DNA of 35,391 nucleotides, taken from the IMG/VR virus record IMGVR_UViG_2778261298_000003. One strand, 5' to 3'. Source of the stretch: a virus. Lineage: Duplodnaviria; Heunggongvirae; Uroviricota; Caudoviricetes. The position numbers and the translations under genes were made by a program. Under the pieces are notes generated by a model. It was not told the DNA's origin and made no database searches. It worked only from the letters and a program-made list of their open reading frames with translations. Positions 1 through 10,853 of the stretch are shown here, one piece after another (positions within the stretch are counted from its first letter, which is position 1; every line of letters starts with the position of its first letter).

Positions 1-1284
1 TTACAGACTTCTGGAAGGTTGCGCAGCTCTTACAACACGCGGTTGATCTTCCGCGGCGTCTTCCAGCGCACTTAAATCACGGTCTTTCACTTCTGGCATT
101 TTCAGCGCAGAGATTAAACCAATCACTGAATATGCCATGATCATAATGGCGATCGGATACCAGGATTCCGTCATGGTGCAGAAAATACCCGCCAGGATAG
201 GACCAAAACCGGAAGCGATAAGACCACCAATTTCTTTAGAAATAGCCATCCGGGTAAAGCGGTTTTTACAGCCGAACATTTCTGCCATGGTAATATTTTC
301 CAGAGCAAATAATCCCAGCACCGCACAGTTATGAATCACAATCAGTGCAACCATAATGGTGCTCGGGGCATAGCTTTTATCTACGATGATAGAAAGCATT
401 GGCCATGCCAGCACAATCGCGGAGGTATTCATAATAATATACGGGATCCGGCGACCAATTTTATCGGATAACCAACCAAGGAACGGAATGGTCATAAAGC
501 CGAGAATCGAACTGATCATCAATGCATCTGTTGGAATTGCTTTGTTAAACAATAACGTCTGCACTAAATAGCCCGCAAGGAAAGTCTGAATTAAACCTGA
601 GTTACCCGCCTGACCAAAACGCAGCCCTGTTGCCAGCCAGAAGGATTTGCTCTGGAACATGCTACCAGCAGGTGCAGGTTTTGCTGTCGGTTGGTTGCTG
701 TCGTTAACCTTCTCAAAAACCGGGCTTTCTTTCAGATTCATACGCAACCAGATAGCAAAGACCATCACGACAACGCTCGCCAGGAACGGTATACGCCATC
801 CCCACGCCAGCAGTTCCTCTTTACTGAGAATGAAGAACATAAAGGCCCAGATTGCCGTTGCGCTTAAAGTTCCGCAGTTAGTTCCCATAGCCACAAATGA
901 GGAGATAATTCCGCGCTTACCTTTTGGCGCATATTCCGCCAGCATCGTACCGGCACCGGAAATTTCCGCACCTGCACCCAATCCCTGAATAATACGCAGC
1001 GTCACCAGCAAGATGGGGGCAAAAACACCAATCTGTGCATAGGTCGGTAACACACCAATTAAGGTGGTACAGATCCCCATCATGGTGATGGTAATAAAGA
1101 GCACTTTTTTACGCCCTATTCTGTCGCCCATTTTGCCGAAAATAAATGCTCCGACAATACGCGCCACATAACCTGCACCGTAGGTTCCCATTGCCAGAAT
1201 TAACGCCATTGCCGTTGATGATTCAGGAAAAAATATTTCATGAAACACTAACGCTGCGCCGAGCGAATATAACTGGAAATCCAT
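1..1284 (-). CDS. ydfJ: MFS-family transporter (YdfJ-like), probably N-terminally truncated at the prophage junction
   Basis: 427-aa multi-helix hydrophobic protein with the MFS loop motif G-x-x-x-D-R-x-G-R-K (GKMGDRIGRKK) at residues ~50-60, earlier than in full-length family members; ATG at 1282-1284. Confidence 0.8.
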   Translation of the reverse strand: MDFQLYSLGAALVFHEIFFPESSTAMALILAMGTYGAGYVARIVGAFIFGKMGDRIGRKKVLFITITMMGICTTLIGVLPTYAQIGVFAPILLVTLRIIQGLGAGAEISGAGTMLAEYAPKGKRGIISSFVAMGTNCGTLSATAIWAFMFFILSKEELLAWGWRIPFLASVVVMVFAIWLRMNLKESPVFEKVNDSNQPTAKPAPAGSMFQSKSFWLATGLRFGQAGNSGLIQTFLAGYLVQTLLFNKAIPTDALMISSILGFMTIPFLGWLSDKIGRRIPYIIMNTSAIVLAWPMLSIIVDKSYAPSTIMVALIVIHNCAVLGLFALENITMAEMFGCKNRFTRMAISKEIGGLIASGFGPILAGIFCTMTESWYPIAIMIMAYSVIGLISALKMPEVKDRDLSALEDAAEDQPRVVRAAQPSRSL

Positions 1285-1887
1285 AATTCACAGGTGTTTT
1301 TTCCCATCCTGTGGTTTCCTTGGCGTTTTCTAGGTTTTTTCAGATAGTTGCATTTTTTAAAAAGCATCCTAAGTTCGATCTCAGTGTCTATCTGGGGCCT
1401 ATTTCTGTCCCATATATGCCCCAAAAAAACTCCCCAACAGATAAGTAGTTTTTTCATGGATTTATGCGTAAAATCAAGAACGGCTGGAAATCATTCAATA
1501 CTCACACTATCGAAAAATTTACCAGCCAACCGCAGCACGTTCTTGCATAAGGCGTGTCTGCGGTTTTTCAACTATTCAGATACATCACTCCCATCACATT
1601 CATTCCTCCGCATCAAAGGCATATAGGCTATATCACCTTGATATTTTTCTTTTTCAGATAAAAACTGTTATCTATGTATACTTTTAAACCCAATCCGTGT
1701 AGAGTCTCTGCATAAGATAGTTTGCAGTTGCCGCTTCAGCTTGCGCCATAAACCGCCTGATTTTTGCTGCCACCTGTTAGCATTCCTGTATACCTGAAAC
1801 GACAATGTTTATCTACGAACTTTAAGAACACCCAAGATAAAAATTGTCAACTATATCATATATAACACATTACTAATTCGAGGCTAT

Positions 1888-2001
1888 ATGAACAGCATAC
1901 TGATAATCACTTCTCTCCTTATCATATTCAGCATTTTTAGTCATGCCCTAATAAAATTAGGGATTGGCATATCCAATAACCCAGACAAAACCGATGTATA
2001 A
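1888..2001 (+). CDS. Candidate small hydrophobic protein (37 aa, [37 protein letters not shown])
   Basis: ATG preceded by GAGG about 5 nt upstream; single predicted transmembrane helix; TAA stop at 1999-2001. Not in the ORF track (below length cutoff). Confidence 0.3.
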
Positions 2002-2069
2002 GTCAACATATCCTGAATCAGACATACAATATCGCAATGAAACTCAATAATATTTTAAGGAATATCTTC

Positions 2070-2303
2070 ATGAAATCAAAAGACACCCTAAAGTGGTTCC
2101 CTGCGCAGCTTCCTGAAGTAAGAATTATCCTAGGGGATGCTGTAGTGGAAGTAGCAAAACAGGGAAGACCTATCAATACCAGAACATTGCTTGATTACAT
2201 TGAAGGAAACATAAAGAAAAAATCATGGCTGGATAACAAAGAATTATTACAAACAGCGATATCAGTTCTTAAAGACAACCAAAATTTAAATGGTAAAATG
2301 TAA
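2070..2303 (+). CDS. ydfK: YdfK/YnaE-family prophage protein (cold-shock-induced family in K-12)
   Basis: ORF-track frame 2037..2303; start re-set to the internal ATG at 2070 (MKSKDTLKWFPAQLPEV...), which has an AAGGAA SD 8 nt upstream; 77 aa. Confidence 0.75.
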   Translation: MKSKDTLKWFPAQLPEVRIILGDAVVEVAKQGRPINTRTLLDYIEGNIKKKSWLDNKELLQTAISVLKDNQNLNGKM

Positions 2304-2619
2304 TATAATAAACTTACTTTTTTATCATTTTTCCACTTTAACAACATTTTGCTCCACTTTTCCACGATCAAACAACTTGAAATCTGGTTAAAATAACACG
2401 CAACACTATTCTTCTTCCTTGAGTCCGCCCGGAACTCGAAAAACAAACCGAGTTAAAGCCATTTTTCACAAAATCGATTTTGGGTCTCACCAAAATTACG
2501 GGGTTGCATACGCATTCGTTTATTTTCGAACGTGTACATACAAATATGCACAAAAATAATAAAAATTATTTTCTGAGATGCATTATGATATGAACACCAA
2601 TTTCGTATAGAGTCTCACT

Positions 2620-3210
2620 ATGTCTCGAATTTTTGCTTACTGTCGGATATCAACGCTGGATCAGACCATCGAAAATCAACGCCGGGAAATCGAAAGTGCA
2701 GGTTTTAAAATCAAACCTCAGCAAATAATCGAAGAACACATTAGCGGCTCAGCAGCAACCAGTGAGCGTCCTGGTTTTAACCGGTTGCTTGCTCGCCTGA
2801 AATGTGGTGATCAATTGATTGTGACAAAACTGGATCGCCTTGGTTGTAATGCAATGGATATCAGGAAAACAGTGGAACAACTGACCGAAACAGGTATCAG
2901 AGTGCATTGCTTAGCATTGGGGGGCATTGACCTGACCAGTCCAACAGGAAAAATGATGATGCACGTAATTTCAGCAGTCGCTGAATTTGAACGAGACCTT
3001 TTACTTGAACGCACTCATTCCGGGATAGTAAGAGCCCGCGGCGCAGGGAAACGTTTTGGTCGACCACCTGTGTTAAATGAAGAACAGAAACAGGTGGTAT
3101 TCGAACGAATTAAGTCAGGTGTAAGTATAAGTGCCATTGCCCGGGAATTCAAAACCTCGCGGCAAACCATTTTAAGAGCCAAAGCAAAACTTCAGACACC
3201 TGACATATAA
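2620..3210 (+). CDS. pinQ: Serine recombinase, DNA invertase of the Pin/Gin/Hin/Cin family
   Basis: 196 aa; N-terminal catalytic domain with active-site Ser in the YCRISTLDQ context; C-terminal helix-turn-helix; ATG start verified. Confidence 0.9.
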   Translation: MSRIFAYCRISTLDQTIENQRREIESAGFKIKPQQIIEEHISGSAATSERPGFNRLLARLKCGDQLIVTKLDRLGCNAMDIRKTVEQLTETGIRVHCLALGGIDLTSPTGKMMMHVISAVAEFERDLLLERTHSGIVRARGAGKRFGRPPVLNEEQKQVVFERIKSGVSISAIAREFKTSRQTILRAKAKLQTPDI

Positions 3211-3307
3211 AAAATAATCTCGGTGTGAGATGCTTTACGTCTTCCAAGCCCCCTTCCTTGCCGTAAATGGAAAGATACATCTAATTATAGAATTTATATG
3301 TTTTACC

Positions 3308-3883
3308 CTACGGCAGTGCTGGCCATTCAATATCCTGTGCAGTTGACGTATCAACACGGTTCAGCAACACCCGATACTTTTTCCAGGCTTCCAGCAATGA
3401 GGTTTCTTCCTCCGTTGCGATTTCCAGATCTACAGCATCCTGAAGTGGTGCAATATGCTCACTGGCTACCTGCATCAGGCTGTTTTTTGTTTCTTCCGCC
3501 TCTCGGATCCGGAACAGTTTTTCTGCTTCTGCATCTTTCACCCAGGCTGTGCCGTTCCACTTCTGAAACTCCCCTTCCGGCGATAACCAGGTAACATTTT
3601 CCGGTAACGGACCGAGTTCAGAAATAAATAACGCGTCCCCTGACGCTACGTCATAAACCGTTTTACCCCGATGGTCTTCAACGAGATGCCACGATGCCTT
3701 ATCACTGTTGAAAACAGCCACAAAGCCAGCAGGAATATCTGGTGGTGCAATATCGGTACTGTTTGCTGGCAGACCTGTATGAGGCGGAATATATGCGTCA
3801 CCTTCACCAATAAATTCATTAGTTCCAGCCAGCAGATTATAAATTTTTATGGTCCGTGGTTGTTCACTCATTCTGAATGCCAT
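3308..3883 (-). CDS. tfa: Tail fiber assembly protein (Tfa)
   Basis: 191 aa, lambda Tfa-like ([24 protein letters not shown]...); its ATG overlaps the stf stop. Confidence 0.9.
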   Translation of the reverse strand: MAFRMSEQPRTIKIYNLLAGTNEFIGEGDAYIPPHTGLPANSTDIAPPDIPAGFVAVFNSDKASWHLVEDHRGKTVYDVASGDALFISELGPLPENVTWLSPEGEFQKWNGTAWVKDAEAEKLFRIREAEETKNSLMQVASEHIAPLQDAVDLEIATEEETSLLEAWKKYRVLLNRVDTSTAQDIEWPALP

Positions 3884-6582
3884 TATGCAAGCCTCACAAT
3901 ATAGTTAAATGCGATGTTTTTGACGGTGTTTTCCGCGTTACCAGCAGCGTTAACGGTGATGGTGTGTCCATGTGAACCAATCGCAACGGAGTGCGTATGA
4001 GCACCAATACCGACAGTATGCGCGTGTGCACCTGCAGATGCTGCTGTGCCGGACAGTGAATGGCTATGATTACCATCTGTACTGGTATTCGCTAACCACC
4101 CCGTAGACATACCTACTGAGCCTTGTACACCCCAGGTATTTTGACCTGAGCTTGTATAACCATATTGATAAGTATCTTTAAAAACACTGGGGTTAAATCG
4201 ACGGCCATCTCTATGGCTGTGATTACCAGCTGCATTCGTGCTGCCACTTAAACTATGGGTATGCGCACCAGTGTTATTCGTGGATTTAGTGCCGTAATCA
4301 AACGACGATGTGGTTTTCGTCCCCAAATCCGTACTGGATGCGCTGGCGCTGTGGGTATGCGATTTAATGCCGTCCTGTTCCTGAGACAATACGGCCCGAC
4401 CACTGGCAGGTTTGCCCTTAATCGTCCAGCCACGCATATCAGGGATCACGCCTGACGGATAAGCGGCTGCAAGTTTCGGGTATGCAGATTTGTCAAAAGT
4501 CTGCCCCTGCATCAGGGCATAGCCAGACGGAACGGTATCTGATGGCCACGGGATTGGTGCGCCAGGCGGATAAAACTGCTCTGATGGCGTATAGAGTGAA
4601 TAAACTGTACCGTCCGTTAACCCTTCCGGCTTATTAGCAGAATATGCTGGTGACGTATGAATCGTCACGCTGGCATTACTGGTATAATCCCATTGAATAT
4701 TTACACCAGTCGCATAATTTCCGATTGCAACGTAAATATCGTAAGTATCACCAGATGTATTGACCCAGGCAAAATTTGTAAACCCTGTCGATGTGCGCTG
4801 CCATAAAGCACCAGTAATCCCCTTCGGATTACCATTACCTGCACGTAAAACAAGTTCAGATATACCTGCCTGTTGAGGTGACCCCACGTTAAATCCAGCG
4901 CCACCAATCAACGTAATTGAAACAACAGAACTCGCCTGTGGCATGGTTACCGTTGCTAATTTGAACCAACCAGCACCACCGCTGAATGACATTGTTGTTG
5001 AGTTAAGCGTACCAATATCTTTCGGCGTCAGTGTTATATCCGCTGAAAGCGCCTTACCATTCACCTTACGGGCAGAAGGTACCCGACCATTCGCATTGTC
5101 ATTAGCTGCTTTCACTGCTTTCGGTGTCGCAGCAAGCGTTTCAGATGTGCTGTTGGTTGCACTACTGAGCTGGACAATTCCTTTTTGTGCTGTCGTAGCG
5201 TCCTGTGCGGTGTATTTCCCGTTAGCCAGGTCATACGCGGCCTTAACGGCTTTTGGCGTTGCCGCCTGTGACTCGGAAGTGCTGTTAGTCGCACTGCTGA
5301 GCTGAACTATCCCTTTCTGTGCTGTCGTTGCATCCTGTGCGGTGTATTTCCCGTTAGCCAGGTCATACGCGGCCTTAACGGCTTTTGGCGTTGCCGCCTG
5401 TGACTCGGAAGTGCTGTTGGTCGCACTGCTGAGCTGTACTATCCCCTTTTTCGTCGTGCTCGCATCCTCAAGCGCCACGGCGGATGCAATATCCTCTGCC
5501 CGTTTTGCTGCTGTCTCGGCGCGCGTTGCCGCGGATTCCGCCGTACTTTTGCTCTGTGCTGCCGCTGCCGCACTGCCAGCAGCCTCTGTCGCCTTCGTGG
5601 ATGCCGTCGTGGCGCTGCCCCTCGCTGCTGACGCCTGTCTGGTCGCCTCATCTTTTGAAGCAGACGCAGATGATGCAGCCGCTGTTTTTGAGCCTGCCGC
5701 AGCCGAGGCGCTCTGTCCCGCTGCCGTTTCAGAAGACCTGGCGTTCGTCTCGGACGTTTTTGCCGCCTTCGCGGAATTTCCTGCCGCCGTTGCCGAGGAA
5801 GCGGCACTACTGGCGCTTGATGATGCGTTCGTTTCTGATGATTTTGCCGCCTCTTTTGAAGCCGACGCATCCCGTGCTGAAGTGGCTGCTTCTGACGCTT
5901 TCGTAGTCGCGGTGGATGCAGAAGTGGCTGCTGATTGTTGTGACGCTGCCGCATTCGTTTCTGACGTTTTCGCCGCACCGGCACTGGTAGCCGCCGCGCT
6001 TTTTGAGGACTCTGCAGCGGCAGCACTTTTTAATGCTTCAGTGGCCTTTGTTGATGCCGTTCCTGCGCTGGAAGACGCTGACTGAGCCGACGAAGCAGCC
6101 TGTCCGGCTGACGTGCTGGCTGCGCGTGCTGAGCCTGCAGCATCAGTCGCATGGGTTGCCGCCTCACGGGCTGATGTGCTGGCATCGCTGGCTGACTTCT
6201 TCGCGGCTGCCGTGTTCTGTGCCACCGCGGACGCGTTACGCGCCACCTCTTCCACCATCAGTTCAAAACGGCGCAGTGCCTCAGGACGGGCATCATCCTC
6301 CGTCATGGCACCGAGAAAATCATTCAGCGTACCGGGTCGGGAATCTTCATACACGGTGATGGTCCCGGCATGTGACGGCGGGAATCCTTCCACCAACAGA
6401 ATAACGCTGTACTGACCGTACTCAACGTCCATGCTGTAACGCCCGGCTTCATCCGGATTTTCTGAGGCCAGCGTGTTCACCACCACCGTGGTACTGTTAC
6501 GTTTTGCTTTCAGCTGGATTGTGCAGTTCTGTACCGGTTTTCCTGTGCCGTCTTTCAGTACACCTGAAATCTTTACTGCCAT
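3883..6582 (-). CDS. stf: Side tail fiber protein (Stf) with Ala/Ser/Thr-rich shaft, tandem 44-aa repeats and Gly/His-rich C-terminal region
   Basis: ORF-track frame to 6588 begins on GTG; the lambda-like N-terminus [20 protein letters not shown] starts at the ATG at 6580-6582; C-terminus ...[18 protein letters not shown] matches lambda Stf. Confidence 0.9.
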   Translation of the reverse strand: MAVKISGVLKDGTGKPVQNCTIQLKAKRNSTTVVVNTLASENPDEAGRYSMDVEYGQYSVILLVEGFPPSHAGTITVYEDSRPGTLNDFLGAMTEDDARPEALRRFELMVEEVARNASAVAQNTAAAKKSASDASTSAREAATHATDAAGSARAASTSAGQAASSAQSASSSAGTASTKATEALKSAAAAESSKSAAATSAGAAKTSETNAAASQQSAATSASTATTKASEAATSARDASASKEAAKSSETNASSSASSAASSATAAGNSAKAAKTSETNARSSETAAGQSASAAAGSKTAAASSASASKDEATRQASAARGSATTASTKATEAAGSAAAAAQSKSTAESAATRAETAAKRAEDIASAVALEDASTTKKGIVQLSSATNSTSESQAATPKAVKAAYDLANGKYTAQDATTAQKGIVQLSSATNSTSESQAATPKAVKAAYDLANGKYTAQDATTAQKGIVQLSSATNSTSETLAATPKAVKAANDNANGRVPSARKVNGKALSADITLTPKDIGTLNSTTMSFSGGAGWFKLATVTMPQASSVVSITLIGGAGFNVGSPQQAGISELVLRAGNGNPKGITGALWQRTSTGFTNFAWVNTSGDTYDIYVAIGNYATGVNIQWDYTSNASVTIHTSPAYSANKPEGLTDGTVYSLYTPSEQFYPPGAPIPWPSDTVPSGYALMQGQTFDKSAYPKLAAAYPSGVIPDMRGWTIKGKPASGRAVLSQEQDGIKSHTHSASASSTDLGTKTTSSFDYGTKSTNNTGAHTHSLSGSTNAAGNHSHRDGRRFNPSVFKDTYQYGYTSSGQNTWGVQGSVGMSTGWLANTSTDGNHSHSLSGTAASAGAHAHTVGIGAHTHSVAIGSHGHTITVNAAGNAENTVKNIAFNYIVRLA
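5110..5460. repeat. Tandem direct repeat, 132-bp unit, about 2.5 copies, inside stf
   Basis: The string cctgtgcggtgtatttcccgttagccaggtcatacgcggccttaacggcttttggcgttgccgcctgtgactcggaagtgctgtt recurs 132 bp apart (from 5201 and 5333); encodes the repeated [15 protein letters not shown]...[27 protein letters not shown] motif. Confidence 0.75.
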
Positions 6583-6593
6583 ATTCACCCCAC

Positions 6594-6620
6594 AAAAAAG
6601 CCCGCCTGAACCGGCGGGCT
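6594..6620 (-). terminator. Rho-independent terminator-like hairpin between lom and stf
   Basis: GC stem gcccgcc/ggcgggc with a 6-nt loop, followed on the minus strand by a T-run (plus-strand aaaaaa at 6594-6599). Confidence 0.5.
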
Positions 6621-6646
6621 GTCATAACACTGTGTTACCTGGCTAA

Positions 6647-7246
6647 TCAGAATTTATAACCGACACCCACGATGAAACCGTCAGTGCGCCAGTCGCCACT
6701 GCCGGAACCTTCATAAGCGACATCAACGGCCACGGATTCGGTCGGGTTAAACTGCACGCCAGCCCCCCACGCCAGAGACGTGTTGCTGTGGCGACCGTCA
6801 TCACTTCCGATCAGCACATCGTGCGTTTTCCCCGTATTGTCGGTCACCTGCAGATAATCCCCGGAGAAAGTCGACACACGGCTGTAAGCCACACCCGCCA
6901 TCGCATACGCGCTGAACCATTCATTCACGCGCACAGACGGCCCCGCCATCACGCTGAACCAGCGGTTACGCACGGAATCTTCATGCCAGCGGGTATCGCT
7001 GTAATGCGTTTTTTGCTCATCTTCAGCGTTGGCATAACTGAATGACGTAATCAGCCCCAGCGTGTCCGTAAACTCATAACGGTATTTCACGTTAATCCCG
7101 TTCAGATTATCGCTGCCGGGAGCGTTCGTACGGGCATGAAGATACCCTGCGCTCAGTGTGGCCTGCTGCTCAGACGCCCATGCAGGCGCACCGGATACGG
7201 CCAGACAGATGGCTGCGGACAAAATGGCTGCACAAACTTTACGCAT
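6647..7246 (-). CDS. lom: Lom outer-membrane beta-barrel protein (Ail/Lom/PagC family)
   Basis: 199 aa with signal peptide [24 protein letters not shown] and C-terminal ...[10 protein letters not shown]; ATG verified. Confidence 0.9.
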   Translation of the reverse strand: MRKVCAAILSAAICLAVSGAPAWASEQQATLSAGYLHARTNAPGSDNLNGINVKYRYEFTDTLGLITSFSYANAEDEQKTHYSDTRWHEDSVRNRWFSVMAGPSVRVNEWFSAYAMAGVAYSRVSTFSGDYLQVTDNTGKTHDVLIGSDDGRHSNTSLAWGAGVQFNPTESVAVDVAYEGSGSGDWRTDGFIVGVGYKF

Positions 7247-7267
7247 AATTACCTCTCGCTTTTCTGC

Positions 7268-7296
7268 AATAAAAAAGGCGCCATTTCTGGCGCCCG
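7268..7296 (-). terminator. Rho-independent terminator-like hairpin between J and lom
   Basis: Stem ggcgcca/tggcgcc with loop tttc, flanked by an A-run on the plus strand (T-run on the minus strand). Confidence 0.5.
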
Positions 7297-7313
7297 TATA
7301 TGGGTTATAAAAT

Positions 7314-10300
7314 TCAGCTGATACTGATGCCTGCGGTGGCTTTCTTCATCACCACAACCAGCAAATCGCTGATACTTGCTGTGGGATACCAGTCATTTAC
7401 CAGCCATGCTGACACCGAAAACTCCAGCGTCATGTGGCCGTGACCAGCTGGCATATCAATAACACCACTGTAAATCAGCGTATTATCCAGCGCGGTACGG
7501 TTATAAATTTCAGCACCATTTTTCTTCACTATCAGGCGGCATGACGAATAAATATCGTTATTCTCCCGCTCATGTTTAGCGCCGCAGAATGCCACCGCCG
7601 GAATAACAATTTGCCTGTCAAAAGGCTGATCGTCATAAATCCTGACGGTAATGGTCCCTGATGGCCACCGCTCCGGTGCCCGGGAGTCCCGCGGGAAAGC
7701 CTTACCCACTGTTTTGACAATATCGCCTTCAATCTGGTTGGCTGACAGTTTCCCTTTAATCTGACAGTTCTCATTTATCGTAACGTTGTTGAGCGTCCCG
7801 GAGTTCGCATTCACACTGCCACTGATATCTGCATTTTTAGCGGTCAGCTTTCCGTCCGGTGTCAGGGAAAATGCAGGAGGATTACCGCCGCTGGTAATGG
7901 TGGGAGCCGTCAGATATTTCAGGAACACTTCATTCATAAATATCTGATCACCCTGACCAACAAACATCGGTTTTGTGTTGCCATTTGCAGGATTAATCAT
8001 CGCAATCCTGTCTGCCGCCAGCAGCACCTGACTCTGCATGCCGTCGGGGGTGTTCTCAATACCGGCACCGATACCCGCGATATAAAGGCGTCCGTCCTGC
8101 ATCTGCTGCAGCTTCACAGCCCACATGCTGTTCAGATTATTATTTGTATCAACCTGAACCTTCTGTATCTGCTGGATCGCTGCACTCTGGTCTTCCAGTT
8201 TCTTATTGACGGTCTGTGTGATTTCATTGCTGACATCCGTAATGGATGTCCTGATTTCAGCCAGGTCAGGCGCAAGCTGACCGTTATCAATCTGCGTCCA
8301 CAGCTCCTGAGCCAGATGGGTTTTCCCTATCTCGCCTTTGAAAAAATCCAGATAGCCGGATGCGTCATCACTCGGCTGACCAACAGCCTCCACGAATGCC
8401 GATTTGCCAACGGTGTTCACACTGCGAACGTAAAAATAATAATTATGGCCCGGCCTGATATTGATACTGGCGGCTATCCAGTACAGCGCCGTGCCAAGAT
8501 AGCGTGCTGTGGTTTCAACCTGCCTGATATCCGCAATCCGCTTTTCCGAGAACCAGAACTCAAACTGTACCGTCGGATCATAAACCGCAAGATGCGGCGT
8601 GGCGGTTATCTGAAAATAGCCCGGCGTCAGCTCAATCCGCGACGGCGCTGCCGGTGCGGCAATCCGGAACGATACCGACGCCGGATCGCCCTGCTGCCCC
8701 CACGCATTTACTGCCCGGACTGTCAGCCTGTAGTTCCCCAGAGCCAGTTGTGTGAAGCGGTAAGTGGTTTCCGTCGTCCGGGCCGTGCTGACCAGCCGCT
8801 CACTGCCGTCATCCGCTGTTACGGTCAGGCGAAGCATGAAACTCACGCCCTTCACCACCTTCGGCGTGTCCCAGCGGGCCAGTACCTGATACTCCCCGCT
8901 GTCTGCGGTGACTTCGGCAGTCAGGTGCTGCACTGCTGGCGGCGTGACACCATTCACCGTGCCGCTCTGGTCGCCGTCAAAGTGCGCCCCGTTATCCACG
9001 ATAGCTTCTTTTTCCGGTACATGCTGCACGGCGGTGATGGCATACGTGCCGTCGTCGTTCTCACGGATACTCACGCAGCGGAACAGGCGCTGGCGCAGCG
9101 TCGGCAGCTTCAGCCCCCATACGCTGTATCCGGCAACGCCGTCAGGAACACGGCTCACTTTTACCTTCACGCCGTCGGTGACGGACTGGACCTCCACGCT
9201 GACCGGATTGCCACTTCCGTCAACCAGGCTTATCAGCGTGGTACCGGAGGATGGCAGCGTGATTTCACGGTCGAGCGTCAGCGTCCGGGTCTGGCTGTTC
9301 ACCGCCAGCACGCGCCCGCCGGTGCTGATCCCCGCATAGTCATCATCGCAGATTTCAATGACATCGCCCGGCACATGGCGAAGCCCTTCCGCACCCACGC
9401 TGAAGTCCACGGTCTGCGTTTCCAGTAGTTCCGTTTTAATCAGCCACAGCCCGGCGCGGTGCGCCTGCCCCCGGCTGGTACAGCCAAAGGCATCCATCTT
9501 CGTGACGTTACGACCGTAACGGAGAATGGCCTGCGTATCTTCAACAAGCTCTGTCGCCGTCTCCCAGCCGTTATCCGGGTCAATCCAGTTCACCTCAACG
9601 GCATTATGACGGTCCTTCAGGGCACTGAAGCTGTAGCGGAACGGCGCGCCATCATCCGGCATCACCACATTACTGCAGTTATAGGTCCACACCTTATCCG
9701 ACGGTCGGTCCTGCACGAACGTCAGCGTCTGCCCGTTCCATACCGGCATACAGCGCATCGCCGAGCAGAAATCACTGAGAACATCCCACGCCTTGCGCTG
9801 TGTGGTCAGCCAGGCATTACAGGTGATGCGCGGCTCCGTGCCGCCAAAACCGTCCGGCACCGACTGATCGCAATGCTGGCCGATGACATACAGCGCCCAT
9901 TTGTCCACATCCGCCGCACCGAGACGCTTCCCCATGCCGTAGCGCGGATGGGTCAGCATATCCCACAGACACCAGGCCATGTTGTTGCTGTATGCTGGCT
10001 TAAACGTTCCGTCCCAGATACCGCTGTATTGCCGCGTCTGCGGGTTATAGTTCGACGGCACCTGCAGAATGCGCCCGCGAAGATGATAATTACGGCTCAC
10101 CTGCTGGCTGCCGAACTGTTCCGAGTCCACCTGCACGCCGACCAGTGCCGTGTTCGGGTAGCACTGTTTCACATCGATGATTTCGGTGTATGACGACCAG
10201 AGCGTTTTGTTCTGCAGCTGGTCTGTGGTGCTGTCCGGCGTCATTCTGCGCATCCGGATATTAAACGGGCGCGGCGGCAGGTTATCCACCACCACCGAGG

Positions 10301-10793
10301 CCAGATACTGCGAGGTGGTTTTGCCCTTAATGGTGATGTCTTTTTCCGTCACCCAGCCACCATTACGCTGTATCTGAACCAGCAGGCGAACTTCCGACGG
10401 ATTCCGGTCCCCCTTTGAGGTGGTTTCCACCAGTGCCTGCACACCGAAGGTAAAGCGCAGTCGGTCGATGTTTGCCGACGTGATGGCGCGGGTGATCGGC
10501 GTGTCGTATTTCACTTCCGTACCCAACACCGTCTCGGAGCCGGAGGATTCAAATCCCTCCGGCGGAGTCTGCTCCTGCTCACCAGCCCGGAACACCACCG
10601 TGACACCGGCGATGTTGGTATTCCCATCACTGTCCAGCACCGGCGTACTGTTCAGCAGCACGCTTTTTAATCCATCCACCGGACCTTCAATCGGCCCTTC
10701 ACTGATGGCATCAATCACACTCAGCAACTGCGTGGACTTCAGGTTGTCCTTCGCTTCGCGCGGGGTATGCCCCTTACTGCTTCCTTTACCCAT
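7314..10793 (-). CDS. J: Tail tip / host-specificity protein J (central fibre)
   Basis: 1159 aa, lambda J-like throughout with fibronectin-III-like middle region; ATG verified. Confidence 0.95.
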   Translation of the reverse strand: MGKGSSKGHTPREAKDNLKSTQLLSVIDAISEGPIEGPVDGLKSVLLNSTPVLDSDGNTNIAGVTVVFRAGEQEQTPPEGFESSGSETVLGTEVKYDTPITRAITSANIDRLRFTFGVQALVETTSKGDRNPSEVRLLVQIQRNGGWVTEKDITIKGKTTSQYLASVVVDNLPPRPFNIRMRRMTPDSTTDQLQNKTLWSSYTEIIDVKQCYPNTALVGVQVDSEQFGSQQVSRNYHLRGRILQVPSNYNPQTRQYSGIWDGTFKPAYSNNMAWCLWDMLTHPRYGMGKRLGAADVDKWALYVIGQHCDQSVPDGFGGTEPRITCNAWLTTQRKAWDVLSDFCSAMRCMPVWNGQTLTFVQDRPSDKVWTYNCSNVVMPDDGAPFRYSFSALKDRHNAVEVNWIDPDNGWETATELVEDTQAILRYGRNVTKMDAFGCTSRGQAHRAGLWLIKTELLETQTVDFSVGAEGLRHVPGDVIEICDDDYAGISTGGRVLAVNSQTRTLTLDREITLPSSGTTLISLVDGSGNPVSVEVQSVTDGVKVKVSRVPDGVAGYSVWGLKLPTLRQRLFRCVSIRENDDGTYAITAVQHVPEKEAIVDNGAHFDGDQSGTVNGVTPPAVQHLTAEVTADSGEYQVLARWDTPKVVKGVSFMLRLTVTADDGSERLVSTARTTETTYRFTQLALGNYRLTVRAVNAWGQQGDPASVSFRIAAPAAPSRIELTPGYFQITATPHLAVYDPTVQFEFWFSEKRIADIRQVETTARYLGTALYWIAASINIRPGHNYYFYVRSVNTVGKSAFVEAVGQPSDDASGYLDFFKGEIGKTHLAQELWTQIDNGQLAPDLAEIRTSITDVSNEITQTVNKKLEDQSAAIQQIQKVQVDTNNNLNSMWAVKLQQMQDGRLYIAGIGAGIENTPDGMQSQVLLAADRIAMINPANGNTKPMFVGQGDQIFMNEVFLKYLTAPTITSGGNPPAFSLTPDGKLTAKNADISGSVNANSGTLNNVTINENCQIKGKLSANQIEGDIVKTVGKAFPRDSRAPERWPSGTITVRIYDDQPFDRQIVIPAVAFCGAKHERENNDIYSSCRLIVKKNGAEIYNRTALDNTLIYSGVIDMPAGHGHMTLEFSVSAWLVNDWYPTASISDLLVVVMKKATAGISIS

Positions 10794-10853
10794 TCCTCAC
10801 GCTCCATAAACGACAAAACCGCCCGCAGGCGGTTTCACATAAAACATTTTGCA

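Noticed and set aside
2037-2069. Upstream ATG at 2037 as the ydfK start (88-aa version)
   Set aside because: No SD upstream of 2037, whereas the ATG at 2070 has AAGGAA at good spacing and gives the 77-aa family-typical length.
3240-3290. Short imperfect palindrome (cttcc ... ggaag) between pinQ and tfa, considered as a Pin crossover site
   Set aside because: Lacks the AAACC-NN-GGTTT core typical of Gin-family sites as I recall them, and I could not find a convincing inverted partner within stf; kept only as a search target in the pinQ finding.
4943-6415. Long plus-strand ORFs (120, 247, 140, 118, 100 aa) and a minus-strand Arg-rich 195-aa ORF inside stf
   Set aside because: They lie within the GC-rich, Ala/Ser/Thr-repeat-coding part of stf; low-complexity codon repeats generate stop-free alternative frames. 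No start-site signals, and the stf frame is the lambda-like one.
8316-10193. Plus-strand ORFs of 370 and 244 aa antisense to J
   Set aside because: Fully embedded antisense to a well-supported 1159-aa gene; Arg/Pro-rich composition typical of reverse-frame artefacts in GC-rich coding sequence.
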